A stretch of 63,695 nt of DNA, filler included, from Basidiobolus ranarum (GCA_040143965.1; 45 parts of 45 records of this genome joined end to end with filler, not necessarily neighbours in it); one strand, 5' to 3'; counted from the whole stretch's first letter, positions 11,806-25,578 are shown. Made by a program: numbers and translations. The notes: generated from the letters alone by a model not told the origin.

Positions 11806-12696
11806 ATGCCACAATACAAACATTTAAAGAAGCCCTGATATTATTGTCACAAATTCTTGTACTATGAAAGCTGGAGGCTTCATAGAAAAAATAATCATAA
11901 GCATGGCCCTTGTACAAAGCCACCAGCTGCACAAAGACTGGTGTACAACAACAGTATAAAGTACACTAAATTGACTTTACTTTTGCCCATTGAGTCCATT
12001 GACTGTACTTTGTCTCAAAGTTTTGGTAACACTGCCAAAAGTCAAGATACCTTGGAGTTACCACAGTTATATGACCAGAATCATGCAGCTCAAAATGCAA
12101 CTTTGGTTGAACTCATAAGTCCAGAAAACTTTGAGGACTTGCTGCTAGATGTTGAACTTGGTTATACCTGTACCAATGGTAGTATATCAGAAGTCGAAGA
12201 AGAAGACAACAGGTTTGTTACAGACTCTTTGTTACTGGTGAACATTAGTCCACTCATAACACTTACTGTAAAGAAAGCAGCTTTGATTATTGAAGAGTGG
12301 AGAGTTCAATCCAATCTTAGCAGGCAGGTGTTTATTGGTTGCCTTACACTTTTACCACAGTTGATTAGCAATTGTTGTTTGCCACAGACCGGGTACAAGT
12401 GGAAAACTCTTGTCAATTGTATGACTTATAATTCTTCAGTAATTAAACTACCTTCATGTCCAAATGGTTGTTTGGCTTTCACCAGTGATCTGAAAGACCT
12501 GAAATCATGTACTGTTTGCACACAATTGGCAATCACTAAATCAGATAAATATTGCTCATATTTGGCTTACATCCCCTTGATTCCCCATCTTGAAGGATGG
12601 ACGAAATCACCCAAATATCGATCATTCCTCCAAAACTAAAGGACTTGCCATCAAGCTGATGGTATTACTGATATACTTGATGGATATCACTACCAG
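11806..12696 (+). pseudogene. CACTA/EnSpm-like transposase, N-terminal part
   Basis: MPQYKH..., acidic stretch, CPNGCLAF...CTVC zinc motif, YIPLIPHL, TDILDGYHY. Confidence 0.85.
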
Positions 12697-12796
12697 NNNN
12701 NNNNNNNNNNNNNNNNNNNNNNNNNNNNNNNNNNNNNNNNTTAATTAATTAANNNNNNNNNNNNNNNNNNNNNNNNNNNNNNNNNNNNNNNNNNNN

Positions 12797-13977
12797 GGAT
12801 TTTCTGATGTGGTATACTATTCTTGAGCCTCCCGACATTTCACAAATGAAGATTATTGGTTTGTGGGTGATGAAGAAATCCCAAGAAGGGTTTTCATGAG
12901 AGATAACCATATCAGATGCAATTGAAATGGGACCAATTCAAGTAAATTTAAAACAAGCTTTTGAAGAGAAAATGTATACTTTTAAGGATGTGCAACATGT
13001 TCCAGATATTGCCAAGAACTTAATATCTGTATACAAGGTTACTTCACAAGGGCTAAAATACTTTTTTGATTAGTCAAGAGGCATCATCACTGATCAAAAT
13101 GGGAATTATTTAGCTTCAGGAGAAGTGGATTAGAACCTATGCAAATGTACATATAATCCAAGAGGATTATGTGCAAATATAAGATATTCTAATCAAGAAA
13201 CTATTCAATTATGACATATAAGATTTGGCCATATTGGATTTGCTTTATGAGCAAAATTAACAAATATTGCCTAATTTCGGGTATTCAAATCAACCCTCCA
13301 ACCAAAATGGAAATTAGTGAGGGTTATATTTATGGAAACCAAGCCAGGAAACCATTCAAGTGCTCTGGCTTAATCAAATCTGTTGAAAAATGGATCTAAT
13401 TCATTCAGGTTTGTGTGAACCTAGGCAAAGTTTTTCTTTAGGCAGAAAGAAATATTCAATCAAATTTATTTATGATTATACATGATACACCTTGTTCCAC
13501 TTTTTGGAAAGAAAAAATGAATCCCACCCTATCTTTAGATATTTAAAACACTTGTCAAGACTGACACTGGAACCAGAATCAAAAACTCTGTACTGATAAT
13601 GGTGGAGAATATACTTCAACACTAGTTAATCACTTTTGCAAAGCTCATGGATTTAAGCAAGAAGCTGCTGCCACTATTTGTCTCAGCAAAACTTTGTTGC
13701 TGAAAGAGCTAACAGGACCAGTATAGAAATGGCAAGAACAATGATGAGTGCTCCATATATATCTCATAATATTTGGGTGGAATCTGTTGCTACAGCTTTA
13801 TATCTGAGGAGTAGGAGTTTTACTCAAAGTCTGTGTAACTTTACATCCTATCAAGCGTGGTTTAGATTTAAACCTGATGTATAACATTTGAGGATCTTTG
13901 GATGCATTGCTTATATCAAAATTATAACCAGAAATTGGTCTAAATTTGATCCAAAAAGTAAGAAATGCATATTTCTT
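12797..13977 (+). pseudogene. Ty1/copia protease-integrase remnant
   Basis: Paralogue of 2846-4077; DNGGEYT, VAERANRT. Confidence 0.88.
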
Positions 13978-15079
13978 ATGTAACTACCACCACTAGCACC
14001 CACTGCTAAAGATTGATACCCATCGGTCTCTACTATGCTGGTGACATGGATAAGAGTGGACGTTTACCAGGTTGGATAAAATTGTCTGGTGATGGAAGGA
14101 ACCCAAATACATTCACCNNNNNNNNNNNNNNNNNNNNNNNNNNNNNNNNNNNNNNNNNNNNTTAATTAATTAANNNNNNNNNNNNNNNNNNNNNNNNNNN
14201 NNNNNNNNNNNNNNNNNCAGCCTGCTAGCACACCATCTGGTGCAATCTGTCAATTACCATGGCTGGGTCCTATAACACTCAATCAGACACTATAAGGAAC
14301 AATATGGCACTATCCCTCCACAATAAGACACAATGCTTTGATTAGAAATATCATGCCAGCCTGCACCAAGTCACCTGGTTTAATATTGGCAAATTAAGAT
14401 TTTGGGTAACTGACAAAGTAAGTTCATCCCCTAGTTTGTAACTTACAAATTACTGAATGTGTACCAATAAGCAATTTATACTGTAACACACCCAATCAAA
14501 TGTATAACCAAGACATTCACATGTTTTCAGGCCAATCACTTGTCCCTCACTAACACAGTAACCTGATTTTCAACTGGGCCCAACAGCTTCTGCATTACAA
14601 AACACCAGTAGTTTTAACACACCAGTGACAAATCACAGCACTTGATGATGGATCAATTTGCAGTATGATAGTAGTGATCAGGATCACTTGATTCATCACT
14701 TTTAGATCAGCCAAATATTCATTCAATCATGTAAGCTTCTAATTGGGTAAGAATATGAATGGATTGAGCCACATCAAGCCAATACAGCAGTGCAAGCTTT
14801 TAATTGACAGACATTCTTCATTTAATTGTAGTGAAATTGGTTGTATTAATAGGCTATCATTGATTTTTTTGATATATGACAGTTTCACTCTATCAGTATT
14901 TCATAAAGACATAAGCAATTGATATCCAACTAAAGCAATTTATGTTATATTTAACTGCAATCCATATTGATTTTACATGATGTGCCAATCAGTAAAGATA
15001 GGATAATGTAAGTATTAACAAGAGTATTCAGCAGTTGCCTAGGTTTGAAGCAGTACCTGCTGATTTGCTTCTGCTATTT

Positions 15080-15538
15080 TTGTTGTCTCCTTGATATTTC
15101 CACAGAAGGAACTTTGCTTGAACCTCTGCACTGAGTTGGCTGGTTTGATCCTGCTGAAGTTCCTCTACCTTGGCCAGCATGGGTTGTGGCTTGAGGTCAA
15201 TGTGCTATGATATGCATTGGCTTGTCTGGTCTTGTTTGCAGTTGGTTTTTATCTACAGTCTCTTCTTCAGATGTGGAGCCTTCACTTAAAGGGTCAACCA
15301 GCCATTGCTGCTGGTGCGCAGCTCTACACATTGACCCAGAATGTCTCACTTGAGTTTTGTGCTTGACAGTTATTGCTGCTTCAACTATGGTAGAAGCTTC
15401 ATATCTTTTGATAGCCATGGTTGCAGTTGCATGGCAGTACATGTTGGAGCAAGTCGTCTACTTTGTGGTTTGTGTTTGGTGTTTATTGCTTCTTCAACCA
15501 CAGTGAAAGCTTCATCTCTTTCTACTGGCTGTTGCCAT
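15080..15538 (-). repeat. Copy of the element carrying the 114-bp coding tandem repeat
   Basis: Homologous to ~37770-38237 (EASTxVEE, WLVDPLSEGSTSEEE). Confidence 0.8.
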
Positions 15539-15638
15539 NNNNNNNNNNNNNNNNNNNNNNNNNNNNNNNNNNNNNNNNNNNNTTAATTAATTAANNNNNN
15601 NNNNNNNNNNNNNNNNNNNNNNNNNNNNNNNNNNNNNN

Positions 15639-15780
15639 ATCATCCTTCTGGCTGGCCATGTTGCATTTGTACTCCATTTTGGCAAGGGTAAGCTGAAAGG
15701 TTTTGCCATTTGTTGTCACAGTAATCTCATGGGTTCCCCAGTCAATATTTGGATTCTGCTGATATAGCCAACTTGACTTA
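15639..15780 (-). pseudogene. Ty3/gypsy protease C-terminal remnant
   Basis: Reads WLYQQNPNIDWGTHEIT, the typical WL...NP.IDW motif. Confidence 0.55.
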
Positions 15781-16845
15781 CAGGGTAAGTAGCTCTATCT
15801 GCAATAGAGATATGTACTTGTGTGATGCAAATGTGTTAGTTTTATTCCAACTAGTGGTGGGCCATGTGGTGGTTCAAAGGCATCTTATTTCTGAGATATG
15901 AACAGTGCCTAAGTGGTGATTGGTGGTTTTACCACAGTTGCTGCTCTAGCATGGTTATATATAACTGAAGTACTGCTTTGATTGGATAGGAGGCTGCATA
16001 ATATAGCTTGCTGTCATCTTGAACTCCTTGGGGTTTAAATGCTTCTTTTGGCTGAAAGATTCAGTTTCCAATTTTTGTTTACTTTACCATTATACTGTTC
16101 AACTCTGAAGCTTGTAGTACTCCTTTAAATGGTATGTCCTAATGAGCTATGGTCAGCATTAGTTACTCCTGACTGTTGCTTGCTTAAAAGGCATAGAAGT
16201 AAGGCTGCTAAGCAATGATCTGTTTTATAGCAGAACTCAATGGAGTTGTTTAAGACATGGCAAAGATTCTTCTTCAGGGTGGAGGATATGTTGTTACTGC
16301 TTCCAATGCTATGAATCTTAAGTGGTTAAAAATTATGGTCATTCAAGTAATCTAGTATCATATCCCCTCAAACTGGCCTGACGTTGTTCTAGGCAATGTC
16401 AGTTGATTGAACACTTGGTGAAAAAGTCTAAGTGGAAGCTGTCTCTGCAGCTATATATTATATAAGAGCAAGCTCAAGCACAATCATTTCTGAATTGGCC
16501 TCTTGGCAATATTTTGAAGTCAAAAACTCACTTTCTTTCTCCTCCAACATATAGGATGCATGGCATACAAAGAGGCATTAAACATGTAACAAAGTTAGAT
16601 TGATTCTAAGGCTAGAAAAAAAGTATACATTTGTATACTTGGCTGGAGCACAGGCCTACTGTGTAAATTATTGCAGTTAGACAATCAGGCACTCATTGAT
16701 TAATAAACTTTTTTCATGGGGCATGTCAGACTGCATTGCTCAATCTAGTCTGCTAACCTGCTGTGTGCTGATTTGTCAGTTACTATGGCCAGGTCCTATA
16801 AACACAATCAGACTTTAAAGCATTTGGACATAATGTGATAGCAAT

Positions 16846-16959
16846 TGTCATGATTCTGAACTTGGCATACTGATCCACTACAAATAGAACTCCTCTATTA
16901 TTAGATTATGACATCATATCTGCTGTGCCATCCCTTCTTGGCAATCTGGTGTCAGTTCA
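16846..16959 (+). repeat. Gypsy LTR family 4, 5' part
   Basis: TGTCATGATTCTGA matches 56826. Confidence 0.8.
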
Positions 16960-17059
16960 NNNNNNNNNNNNNNNNNNNNNNNNNNNNNNNNNNNNNNNNN
17001 NNNTTAATTAATTAANNNNNNNNNNNNNNNNNNNNNNNNNNNNNNNNNNNNNNNNNNNN

Positions 17060-18379
17060 CCAAAATGTATAAATGCTTTATTTCTGGACAATAAATAATT
17101 ATCTCACAAAGCTATTCACAACTCCACTTTTCTAAAGTTCCTCCAAACAGCCCATATTTTCCCAATATTTGGGAGCCTGTCAGAAGTGGTTTGGATAATA
17201 AGAGGAATTGGTGGTTTTCACTTATTGATTTAATGAGTAGAAAGCTCACATTTATAGTTTTGTCAGGATGTAAGCAAACCAACATGTAGAATGTGTCAAG
17301 AAAGGTCTCAGGAACATGTGTGGAAAGTTTGGCACTTCTAGTACAAGTTTAAAAATCTATATATCTGAGAACTTCTAAGTTGGTAAAAATATTGCAAGTA
17401 TATTCCAACTGAGAATATTGGATAATAATGTAGTGAAATATAAGATAACTAAGTACTAAGCTATATATGACAATATAAGTGTTTAGGCAATGCTAATTTC
17501 AACATGATTTACTGGATCTTATTCATACAGACTTATGTGGCCCAATGAAAACTCTGACACAAACTAAGTGACAATATTTACTCATCTTTATTGATGATAA
17601 ATCTCACTACACAGTTTCATATCTTCTGTTGAGCAAAGGCAAAATGTTTCTTTATTTCAGGATATATGAAGCAATGGTCACAACCATAACAGGTAGAAAA
17701 TCAAATTCCTATGCAGTGAGAATGGAACTGAACTTAGCAATGAAGCCATGACTAGCTTTTGTCCAGAAAAGGGAATTTAGCAGCAATTTACTATTCTATA
17801 TAGTGCAGACCAAAATGGAGTTCCAGAAAGGAGGAATAGGACTTTAGTTAAGAACATATGTGCAATGCTAAATGATGCAGATCTACCTGAGGACTGTTTG
17901 GGTGAAGCTTTTCAACAACTACATATCTCCAAAATAGAAGTCCAACACAGAGCAACCAGGACTCTAAAGCTCCTATTAAATTCTGGACTATAAACAAGCC
18001 TAATCTGAATCATCTCAGAATATTTGGATCAATAGTATTTGCTCATATTCCTAAACCTGAGCATAGGAAATTGGACAACAGGCAACTAAATTTACCCTAT
18101 TAGGATATCAGATCAAAGGCTATTGTCTCCTAATTGCTGACACAAATCTAATCATCAATTCCAGAGATACTATATTCTTTGAAGTAAATCTCAAATCCTC
18201 TAATCAAGGGAATTTGATTTTGGCAGAAAATCAATTTCTTAACAACTCAAATTCTGAGTTAACAAATCTGTTGAAGTTTATTGTCTTTATCATATATGTT
18301 ATCCCTATCTTTATACACCTAACTATTTCATATATCACATATTAGTTAGTCAACATTGTTTAGTCAAATATCACTTAGC
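17060..18379. mobile_element. Nest: LTR1 end (17060-17167) in LTR2 (17168-17504) in copia integrase (17505-18268), with a second LTR1 start at 18269
   Basis: LTR matches; LDLIHTDLCGPM, FIDDKS, QNGVPERRNRT. Confidence 0.85.
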
Positions 18380-18479
18380 NNNNNNNNNNNNNNNNNNNNN
18401 NNNNNNNNNNNNNNNNNNNNNNNTTAATTAATTAANNNNNNNNNNNNNNNNNNNNNNNNNNNNNNNNNNNNNNNNNNNN

Positions 18480-19799
18480 AGTCTTTGCATTTGAATAAAT
18501 GCCTAGATGAGGGGATATTGAAGGGAGTCTTGGTAAAATATGATGGTATATTGACATTGTCAAATATTTTCCCAATCAATTAAAACTTTGATCCTATCTC
18601 AAATGGCTCATTCATATTGAATTTTCTGCTATATAGCTGAGTAAGTAGAATTGGAATGTTGCTGAATAGTAAGTGCATAGTGTTTAATGGGAAGCTCTGG
18701 CTCCAGCTGATTCCCCTTAGCAATCTAAACTTAGGCTTATGGCTAATACCAAGTTTGATGTTAGACTGAATATTTGGTGAATTGATATCAATGAGCATGC
18801 TGAAATCTGACCAGGCTCTTGACAGTAAAATCATGAAGTTTAGTTTTGTATTTGGATAGTAGTAATGTGTATGCCCAATAGAGTAGACTCCATTGATTTG
18901 ACAAAATCTACAGCAAGATAGTGCATTGTGCCTGCAAAAACCTCCAAGTTTACTGATGGCAAGAGTGTTGCCAATAAATACAATGATATTAGCTTTAATA
19001 AAGTATTCACCCATCTAAACCCCATTAGATAGCCATTCAAATTCAGCAATCAAAGGCTTCAAGAAGCTATCTATAAACACTGATGATTTAGATCCAGATA
19101 TGATGGATAGTATCACAATATTATGACTCTTATACCATTCAAAAGGATGAAGATTTAAGTTAACTGAAATTATTGGCCAGCAAGCCTTTCCAATGGTATA
19201 TTTGTTTAGTGAGAAACCATCCAGAGCCAATGTAAATGCATGATAGTATATATTCTCAAAGAAACCTTGACTTTCAGATTCTGGTAGTTATATCCATCAA
19301 GTATTTTGGTAATACCATAAGCTTTATGGTGAGTACTTTGGTATTGGTTCAATGATCAATATTTGGGTGATTTCATCAAAGCTTTAAGACCAGGAATCAA
19401 CAGTAGGTAAGCCAAATATAAACAGTATTTAACTGATTCAGTGATTGCCAACTGTGTGCAAACAGTACATGACTTCAGGTTTTTCAGATCACTGGTGAAA
19501 GCCAAACAACCACTTGGACACAAAGGTAGTTTATTACTGAAGGATTATAAGTCATAACATTGACAATTGCATTCCACTTGTACCAGGTCTGTAGCAAGCA
19601 ACAGTTGCAATCAACTGTGGAAAAGTGTAAGAAAACCAATAAACATCTGGTTGCTAAGATTGGATTGAACTCTCCACTCCTCAATAATCAAAGCTGCTTC
19701 CTTTACTGTAAGTGGCATGAGTTGAGTAGTTCTTGCAAATAACAAAGTGTCTGTAACAAAACCATCATCTTCTCCTTCAACTTCTGATATACTACCATC
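18480..19799 (-). pseudogene. CACTA/EnSpm-like transposase core (Transposase_21-type)
   Basis: LALDGFSL, CWPIISVNLNL, IDSFLKPLIAEF, GHNA-like/CCRFC, MHLLFSNI; many stops. Confidence 0.9.
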
Positions 19800-19899
19800 N
19801 NNNNNNNNNNNNNNNNNNNNNNNNNNNNNNNNNNNNNNNNNNNTTAATTAATTAANNNNNNNNNNNNNNNNNNNNNNNNNNNNNNNNNNNNNNNNNNNN

Positions 19900-21219
19900 A
19901 TGCCATTTGGACTCACTAATGGCCCTGCAGTCTTTTAACACTTGATGAATGATATCTTTGGAGAGTATCTTGACCAATTTGTCGTAATCTACCTTGATGA
20001 TATCTTGGTCTTCTCAAGCTCTCAACAAGAGCATAATATTCATGTTTCCCAAGTCCTAGAAAAGTTGAAAACCTCTGGGCTCTATGCTAAACTTGAGAAA
20101 TGTGAATTTGATCAAGCTCAACTTGAATTCCTTGGATATAACATCAGCCCATCAGGCATCTCCATGGACCCTATGAAGGTTGAATCTGTTCTGTCTTGGG
20201 TTATTCCCAAGAACGTGAAGGATGTCCAATGTTTACTTGGATTTGCAAACTTTTACCAATGGTTTGTCAAGAACTACTCCAAAATATCTGCTCCATTAAC
20301 AGACCTTACAAAGGAAGAACTCCCATTCAACTGGAACCCATCTTGCCAACAAGCATTTGTAATTTTAAAGAGTGCTTTTACCTCAGCACCAGTCCTGGCA
20401 CATCCCAAGCTAGACAAGTCATTTATTGTTGAAAATGATGCATTGGACTTTGCTCTAGGAGAAGTACTATCACAGTTTGATGATGACAACTTGCTGCACC
20501 CCGTTGCCTTTTACTCAATATAGTTTTCTGCCACAGAAATCCACTATGACATCTATGACAAGGAACTTTTAGCAATTATTGCTGTGCTTTAACAATGGCA
20601 ACAATACTTGGATGGAGTAAATCACAAAATCAAAGTTTATTGTGATCACAAGAATCTTCAGTATTTTAGTACAACCAAAGTTCTCAACCATGTAAAGCAA
20701 GATGGTCATCATTTCTTGCCAGTTTTGATTTTGTGATTACATATTGACCTGGTAGCCAGCAAGGAATGCCTGATGCCTTATCATGTAGAGCAGAATATCA
20801 GCCTAAAGAACATGATGAGGCCTTAGATTAACAAAATACTTCCTTACTGAAGCCCCACCAACTTCAAATTAGTGCAACTGCCCTTTCTCTTCCTGGTTCA
20901 AGCACATTCCATGAAGACAGCCGCAAACTCCAATCTGAAGACACATTGGTAATATCAATCAAGAAAGCCCAGGAAACACCCAAAGACCTCTTAAGCTTGA
21001 ACCTGTGCCACCATTTCTCTATCATCAATGATCTCTTGTTTTACAAGAAGCTCCTTTACATTCCAGACCACACTTCTAGACTCAAAATTATGCAGGAAAG
21101 ACATGCCTCACCACTGGCAGGATACTTAGGGGCTGCCAAATCATATATATTGGCATCAAGGGATTATTGGTGGCCCAAAAAGCATGCATTTGCAAGACTT
21201 ATGTTTCCACCTGTGATAC
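19900..21219 (+). pseudogene. Ty3/gypsy (chromovirus-like) RT-RNase H-integrase start
   Basis: MPFGLTN, YLDDIL, KCEF, LGFANFY, HPVAFYS, YDKELLAI, DHKNL, RDYWWP. Confidence 0.93.
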
Positions 21220-21319
21220 NNNNNNNNNNNNNNNNNNNNNNNNNNNNNNNNNNNNNNNNNNNNTTAATTAATTAANNNNNNNNNNNNNNNNNNNNNNNNN
21301 NNNNNNNNNNNNNNNNNNN

Positions 21320-22262
21320 TATCTTCAATATTATGGATCTGATCAAATCATAGCAGTTAAGTGGATTTCATAAATTTGAAACATACTGTGGATGTGTGCT
21401 TAATTACTCAAATTCTGGGTCAATCTTTGATTGAATGAAAATTCAGATGCAAATTAGAGAAGAAATATTAAAGACAGGAGATCTACAACAGGATACTTAT
21501 TCCTTTACTGTATTGAAGTTATATCTTGGAATTCAAAGAAACAACACACTATAGCACTTTCAACAACAGAAGCAGAATACATAGCTGCCTGTGAAGCAAC
21601 AAAAGAAGCAATATAGTTAATAAAACTCTTGACAGAATCAGGTTATTCCCAAAACTGACCATCTACAATATTACAGGATAATAATAGTTGCATCAAATTA
21701 GCTAGAAATCCCTTGTTTCATAATAGAGGCAAACAAGAAGTTATTAAGCATCACTTCATTAGAGAGACCGTAGAGAACAAGTTTATTGTTTAAACTTATT
21801 GTGCTACAGAAGACATTATTGCTGATATATTAACCAAACCATTAGCTAGAAAGAAATTTGAGAAATATAGACCTTTTTTAGAATTAATTTTTATCACTAT
21901 TTAGTTAAGTGTGAGTGCTGATATTAGAATTGCCTAAACACCTATATAGTCAAATATAGCTTAGTACTTGGTTATCTTATATTCCACTAAGATGTTATAT
22001 ATTATTCTCAATTGCAATTTACTTAGAATATTTTTACCAACGTTGACATCTTCAGTGATAGAAATTTTTTAAACTTGTGCTAGAAGCCCCAAATTTGCAG
22101 ACATGTTGCTGAGACCTTCCTTAATGCATTCTACATGCTAGTTTGTTTACATCTTGACAAAACTATAAATGTCAACATTCAACTCAATAAATGAACAAGT
22201 GAACATCACCAATTCTTCTAATTCTCCAAACCACTTCCTACAGGCTCCCAAATATGTTAATA
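21320..22262 (+). mobile_element. Copia family 2 RNase H, PPT and 3' LTR (21916-22262)
   Basis: [26 protein letters not shown] then LTR2. Confidence 0.88.
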
Positions 22263-22424
22263 AACTCCAGGTAGATCATATGTTCCTTGACATTCCACCA
22301 TGCAACAGAGATCATGGCAGCCAGACAAAAGAGATGAAATTTCTGGTTGACCCAATAAGTGAAGGCTCCACATCTGAAGAATAGACTATAGAAACAAACA
22401 AACTGCAAACTAGACTGGACTGGA

Positions 22425-22639
22425 CATGATGCTGCAGTACCCCCATCAATTGATGAATTTGCAGAGAGCTTTGCAAGAGCTTCCATATATTCAACATATG
22501 ACCTATACTTAGGATATGACCAAATATGTATTGATGAAACCTCAAGAGACATGTTTGGGCTACAGACTCCCTTTGGGCTACTAAGAATGACAAGACTCAG
22601 CCAAGGTGGAACTAACTCTGTTGCACAGTTTCAATGTGT
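22425..22639 (+). pseudogene. Ty3/gypsy RT fragment of a second lineage
   Basis: PPSIDEFAESFA, DLYLGYDQ, SRDMFGLQTPFGLLRMTRLSQGGTNSVAQFQ. Confidence 0.75.
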
Positions 22640-22739
22640 NNNNNNNNNNNNNNNNNNNNNNNNNNNNNNNNNNNNNNNNNNNNTTAATTAATTAANNNNN
22701 NNNNNNNNNNNNNNNNNNNNNNNNNNNNNNNNNNNNNNN

Positions 22740-23240
22740 CTCATTGTGAATGGTAACAAGAGTCAGCTATTTGCCAAGTGTCAGTGCTATTCAAAATTTG
22801 AGATGTTTAGCAATTTTTCATCATTAGTTTGCTGGTAAATCATATTGTTGCTGTTGAGTTATATCTGATCAGCCATGTATGTGCATATATAGAGAGTAAA
22901 CACAACAAGATTCTTGTATGTTTGATTCTCATTATGGCTGGAATACAATGCCTAAAATATCTAAATAAAGGCATGCATATTAATCCAAATTTCTACAGCA
23001 GTAAACCTAGTGATTTGCCATTTGAAGATTATATTTTGCAAATGTTGCTTGATATTAATAATGCATGCCAAATATGAGGATCACTATTTTAACATGTATG
23101 AAGACTGTCATAATATCATCAAGAAACCCCCATCACACCATCAAAATCCCTGGCAGAATGCAAGCCACCAATATTGTGATGATTTTGCAATTTAGAAGGG
23201 TCAATCTGATCCGGATCATGTTGATTTTATTTTGTTAGGG
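22740..23240 (+). mobile_element. Transposase C-terminus and CCCTA end B
   Basis: Ends TTTTGTTAGGG at 23240. Confidence 0.9.
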
Positions 23241-23245
23241 TACAG

Positions 23246-23572
23246 TGTCATGATTCTGATCTTGGCATACTGATCCACTCCAAATAGACCTCTTTTATTC
23301 TAGATTATGACATCTTATCTGCTATGCCATCCCATCTTGGCAATTTGTGCTAGTTCATCCAGATTACCTTATATGGATGTCATGTTCTTTGGAACATTCC
23401 ATGAAACCTAACCAATCATGACATCCCATACATAGTGCATTTCCACCCAGACCTTCCATGGAAGGTCACCAGATCATCCTTACATCATCCTTGCATCATC
23501 CCTCTTTGTATTGGTCCTTGTAGTCCCCAACACCCCAACTCTTGAACTTGCCACAGTATATTCCCTATTCAA
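23246..23572 (+). repeat. Gypsy LTR family 4, partial
   Basis: Matches 56826-57140. Confidence 0.82.
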
Positions 23573-23574
23573 TA

Positions 23575-24020
23575 TATCAGACTTGTTCCATTTTATTGAA
23601 CAAGATCAGGCCAGCTAAAAAGTGTGCCAGCACAAATTGGCATGATTGGTCACTATCCTGCATGATGTTATTTACCATTTTGGAAAAAGTTTATTTTACT
23701 TATGTGGTATGTTTAAGAAAAGCACTTTTAGACATGATTGCACATTCAAAAGATCATGAAAGCTTTATTCATAGTGTCTTAAGTCTGGAGCTCTCAATGG
23801 ATATCTTTGAGTATGAATGTATTGAGAAATAATCAAGATTTTGACTACTTTGCCTAACTTTGATTGAGGCCCACAAAATGATTTTCCTCTATACTTTCCT
23901 GCTACACTGCTATATTTCTTTAGGAAACCAAAGCTATGTTTTACTCTTGCTCTAAAATGGGAAAAAATGTCATTATAAAGCTTTTGCCTCTCTGTGAGTA
24001 TCCCTCCTCTGGGACTCTTG
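23575..24020 (+). repeat. Unclassified interspersed repeat R5 (also 46540-46732 plus and 57361-57802 minus)
   Basis: Three CpG-depleted copies reading KKCASTNWHD...VYFTYVVCLRK. Confidence 0.7.
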
Positions 24021-24161
24021 TTAGCAGTGACACATCCTAGCCTTCTGAATTCCTCCCCANNNNNNNNNNNNNNNNNNNNNNNNNNNNNNNNNNNNNNNNN
24101 NNNTTAATTAATTAANNNNNNNNNNNNNNNNNNNNNNNNNNNNNNNNNNNNNNNNNNNNTG

Positions 24162-25478
24162 TGTTAAAGTATTTGGGAGCCTGTTGGAAGTGGTTCGCAG
24201 AATTAGGGGAATTGGTGGTTTTCACCTATTGATTTATTGAGTAGAAAGTTGACATATATAGTTTTGTGAAGATGTAAGCAAAGTAACATGTACAATGTGT
24301 TAAGGAAGGTCCCAGGAATATGTGTGCAAAGTTTGGGGCTTCTAGCACAAGTTTGAAAAATCTATATATCTGAGAACTTCTAAGTTGGTAAAAATATTCT
24401 CAGTAAATTCCAATTGAGAATAAATACTAATATCATAGTGAATTATAAGATAACTAAATACTAAGCTATATATAACTATATAGGTGTTTAGGCAATGTTA
24501 ATTTCAACACAAAAGCTAAAACTGCTAAGAAGGTATGGAAAGCCTTGGAAGACACCTACCAAACAAGTTCTGCTGCCAACAAGATTTTCTAAGAAGACAA
24601 TTCTTCAACTTAAAGATCAACCCAGGAGAAGACATTTAATCACTAATTAATAGAGTCACTATTTTAGTGGATGAAATCAGATGCATTGAAGTACCTACTA
24701 CTGATCAAGTGATCATAGTTACAGTCCTGAATAGCCTGCTACACAAGTTTCAGAGCTTAGTAATGGATCTAGAATCAAGAACTGAAAATTTGACCTTAAA
24801 TCATGTATTTGGCAGACTTCTGGATGAAGATTTATGCAAATCAGGATCAAACCAAAAGAATGAAGAAAATGCTTTAATAGGCTATGGGAAACCTTGCTAT
24901 AAAGCTTAAAAGCACTTTAAGAAGAAAAGTAACACATTCTGCAATTGCTGTAAAAGAACTGTCCATTTAAGCAAAGATTGCTTTAAACAAATTCCTAAAG
25001 AAGAAAAACATACCAAATCTGGAAATGTGGTTACAACAAAATATCACTTGTTCATATCTGCTCTATCTATGACTACCAACAAGGACTTCCAGATGTGCAT
25101 ATTGATTCTGGAGCTTCCCAATATTTCACAAATGAAAAATGTTGATTTGTGGATTATAAAGAAATCCCAATTAGAAAGGTTTTCATGTTAAATGACCACA
25201 CATTGAATGCTATATATGAAAAACTTTGGTTTGTGGAATATGAAGAAAACCCAATTAGAAAAATTTTCATGGGAGATGACTGCACATTGGATGCTATTGG
25301 AATGGCAACAATTTAAGTCAATTTAACTGGAGCTTCTGAAGAGAAAGTATATACTTTTAAGGATGTGCTACATGTTCCAGATATTGCCAAGAATTTAATA
25401 TCTGTATGCAAGGCCACCTCAGAAGGGCTAAAATTCAATTTTGATAAGTCAGGATGCACCATCACTGATCAAAATGGG
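24162..25478. mobile_element. LTR2 (minus, 24162-24509) inserted in gag-protease (plus) of its own copia family
   Basis: gag matches the reverse complement of 38338-39100; IDSGAS; VLHVPDIAKNL. Confidence 0.85.
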
Positions 25479-25578
25479 NNNNNNNNNNNNNNNNNNNNNN
25501 NNNNNNNNNNNNNNNNNNNNNNTTAATTAATTAANNNNNNNNNNNNNNNNNNNNNNNNNNNNNNNNNNNNNNNNNNNN

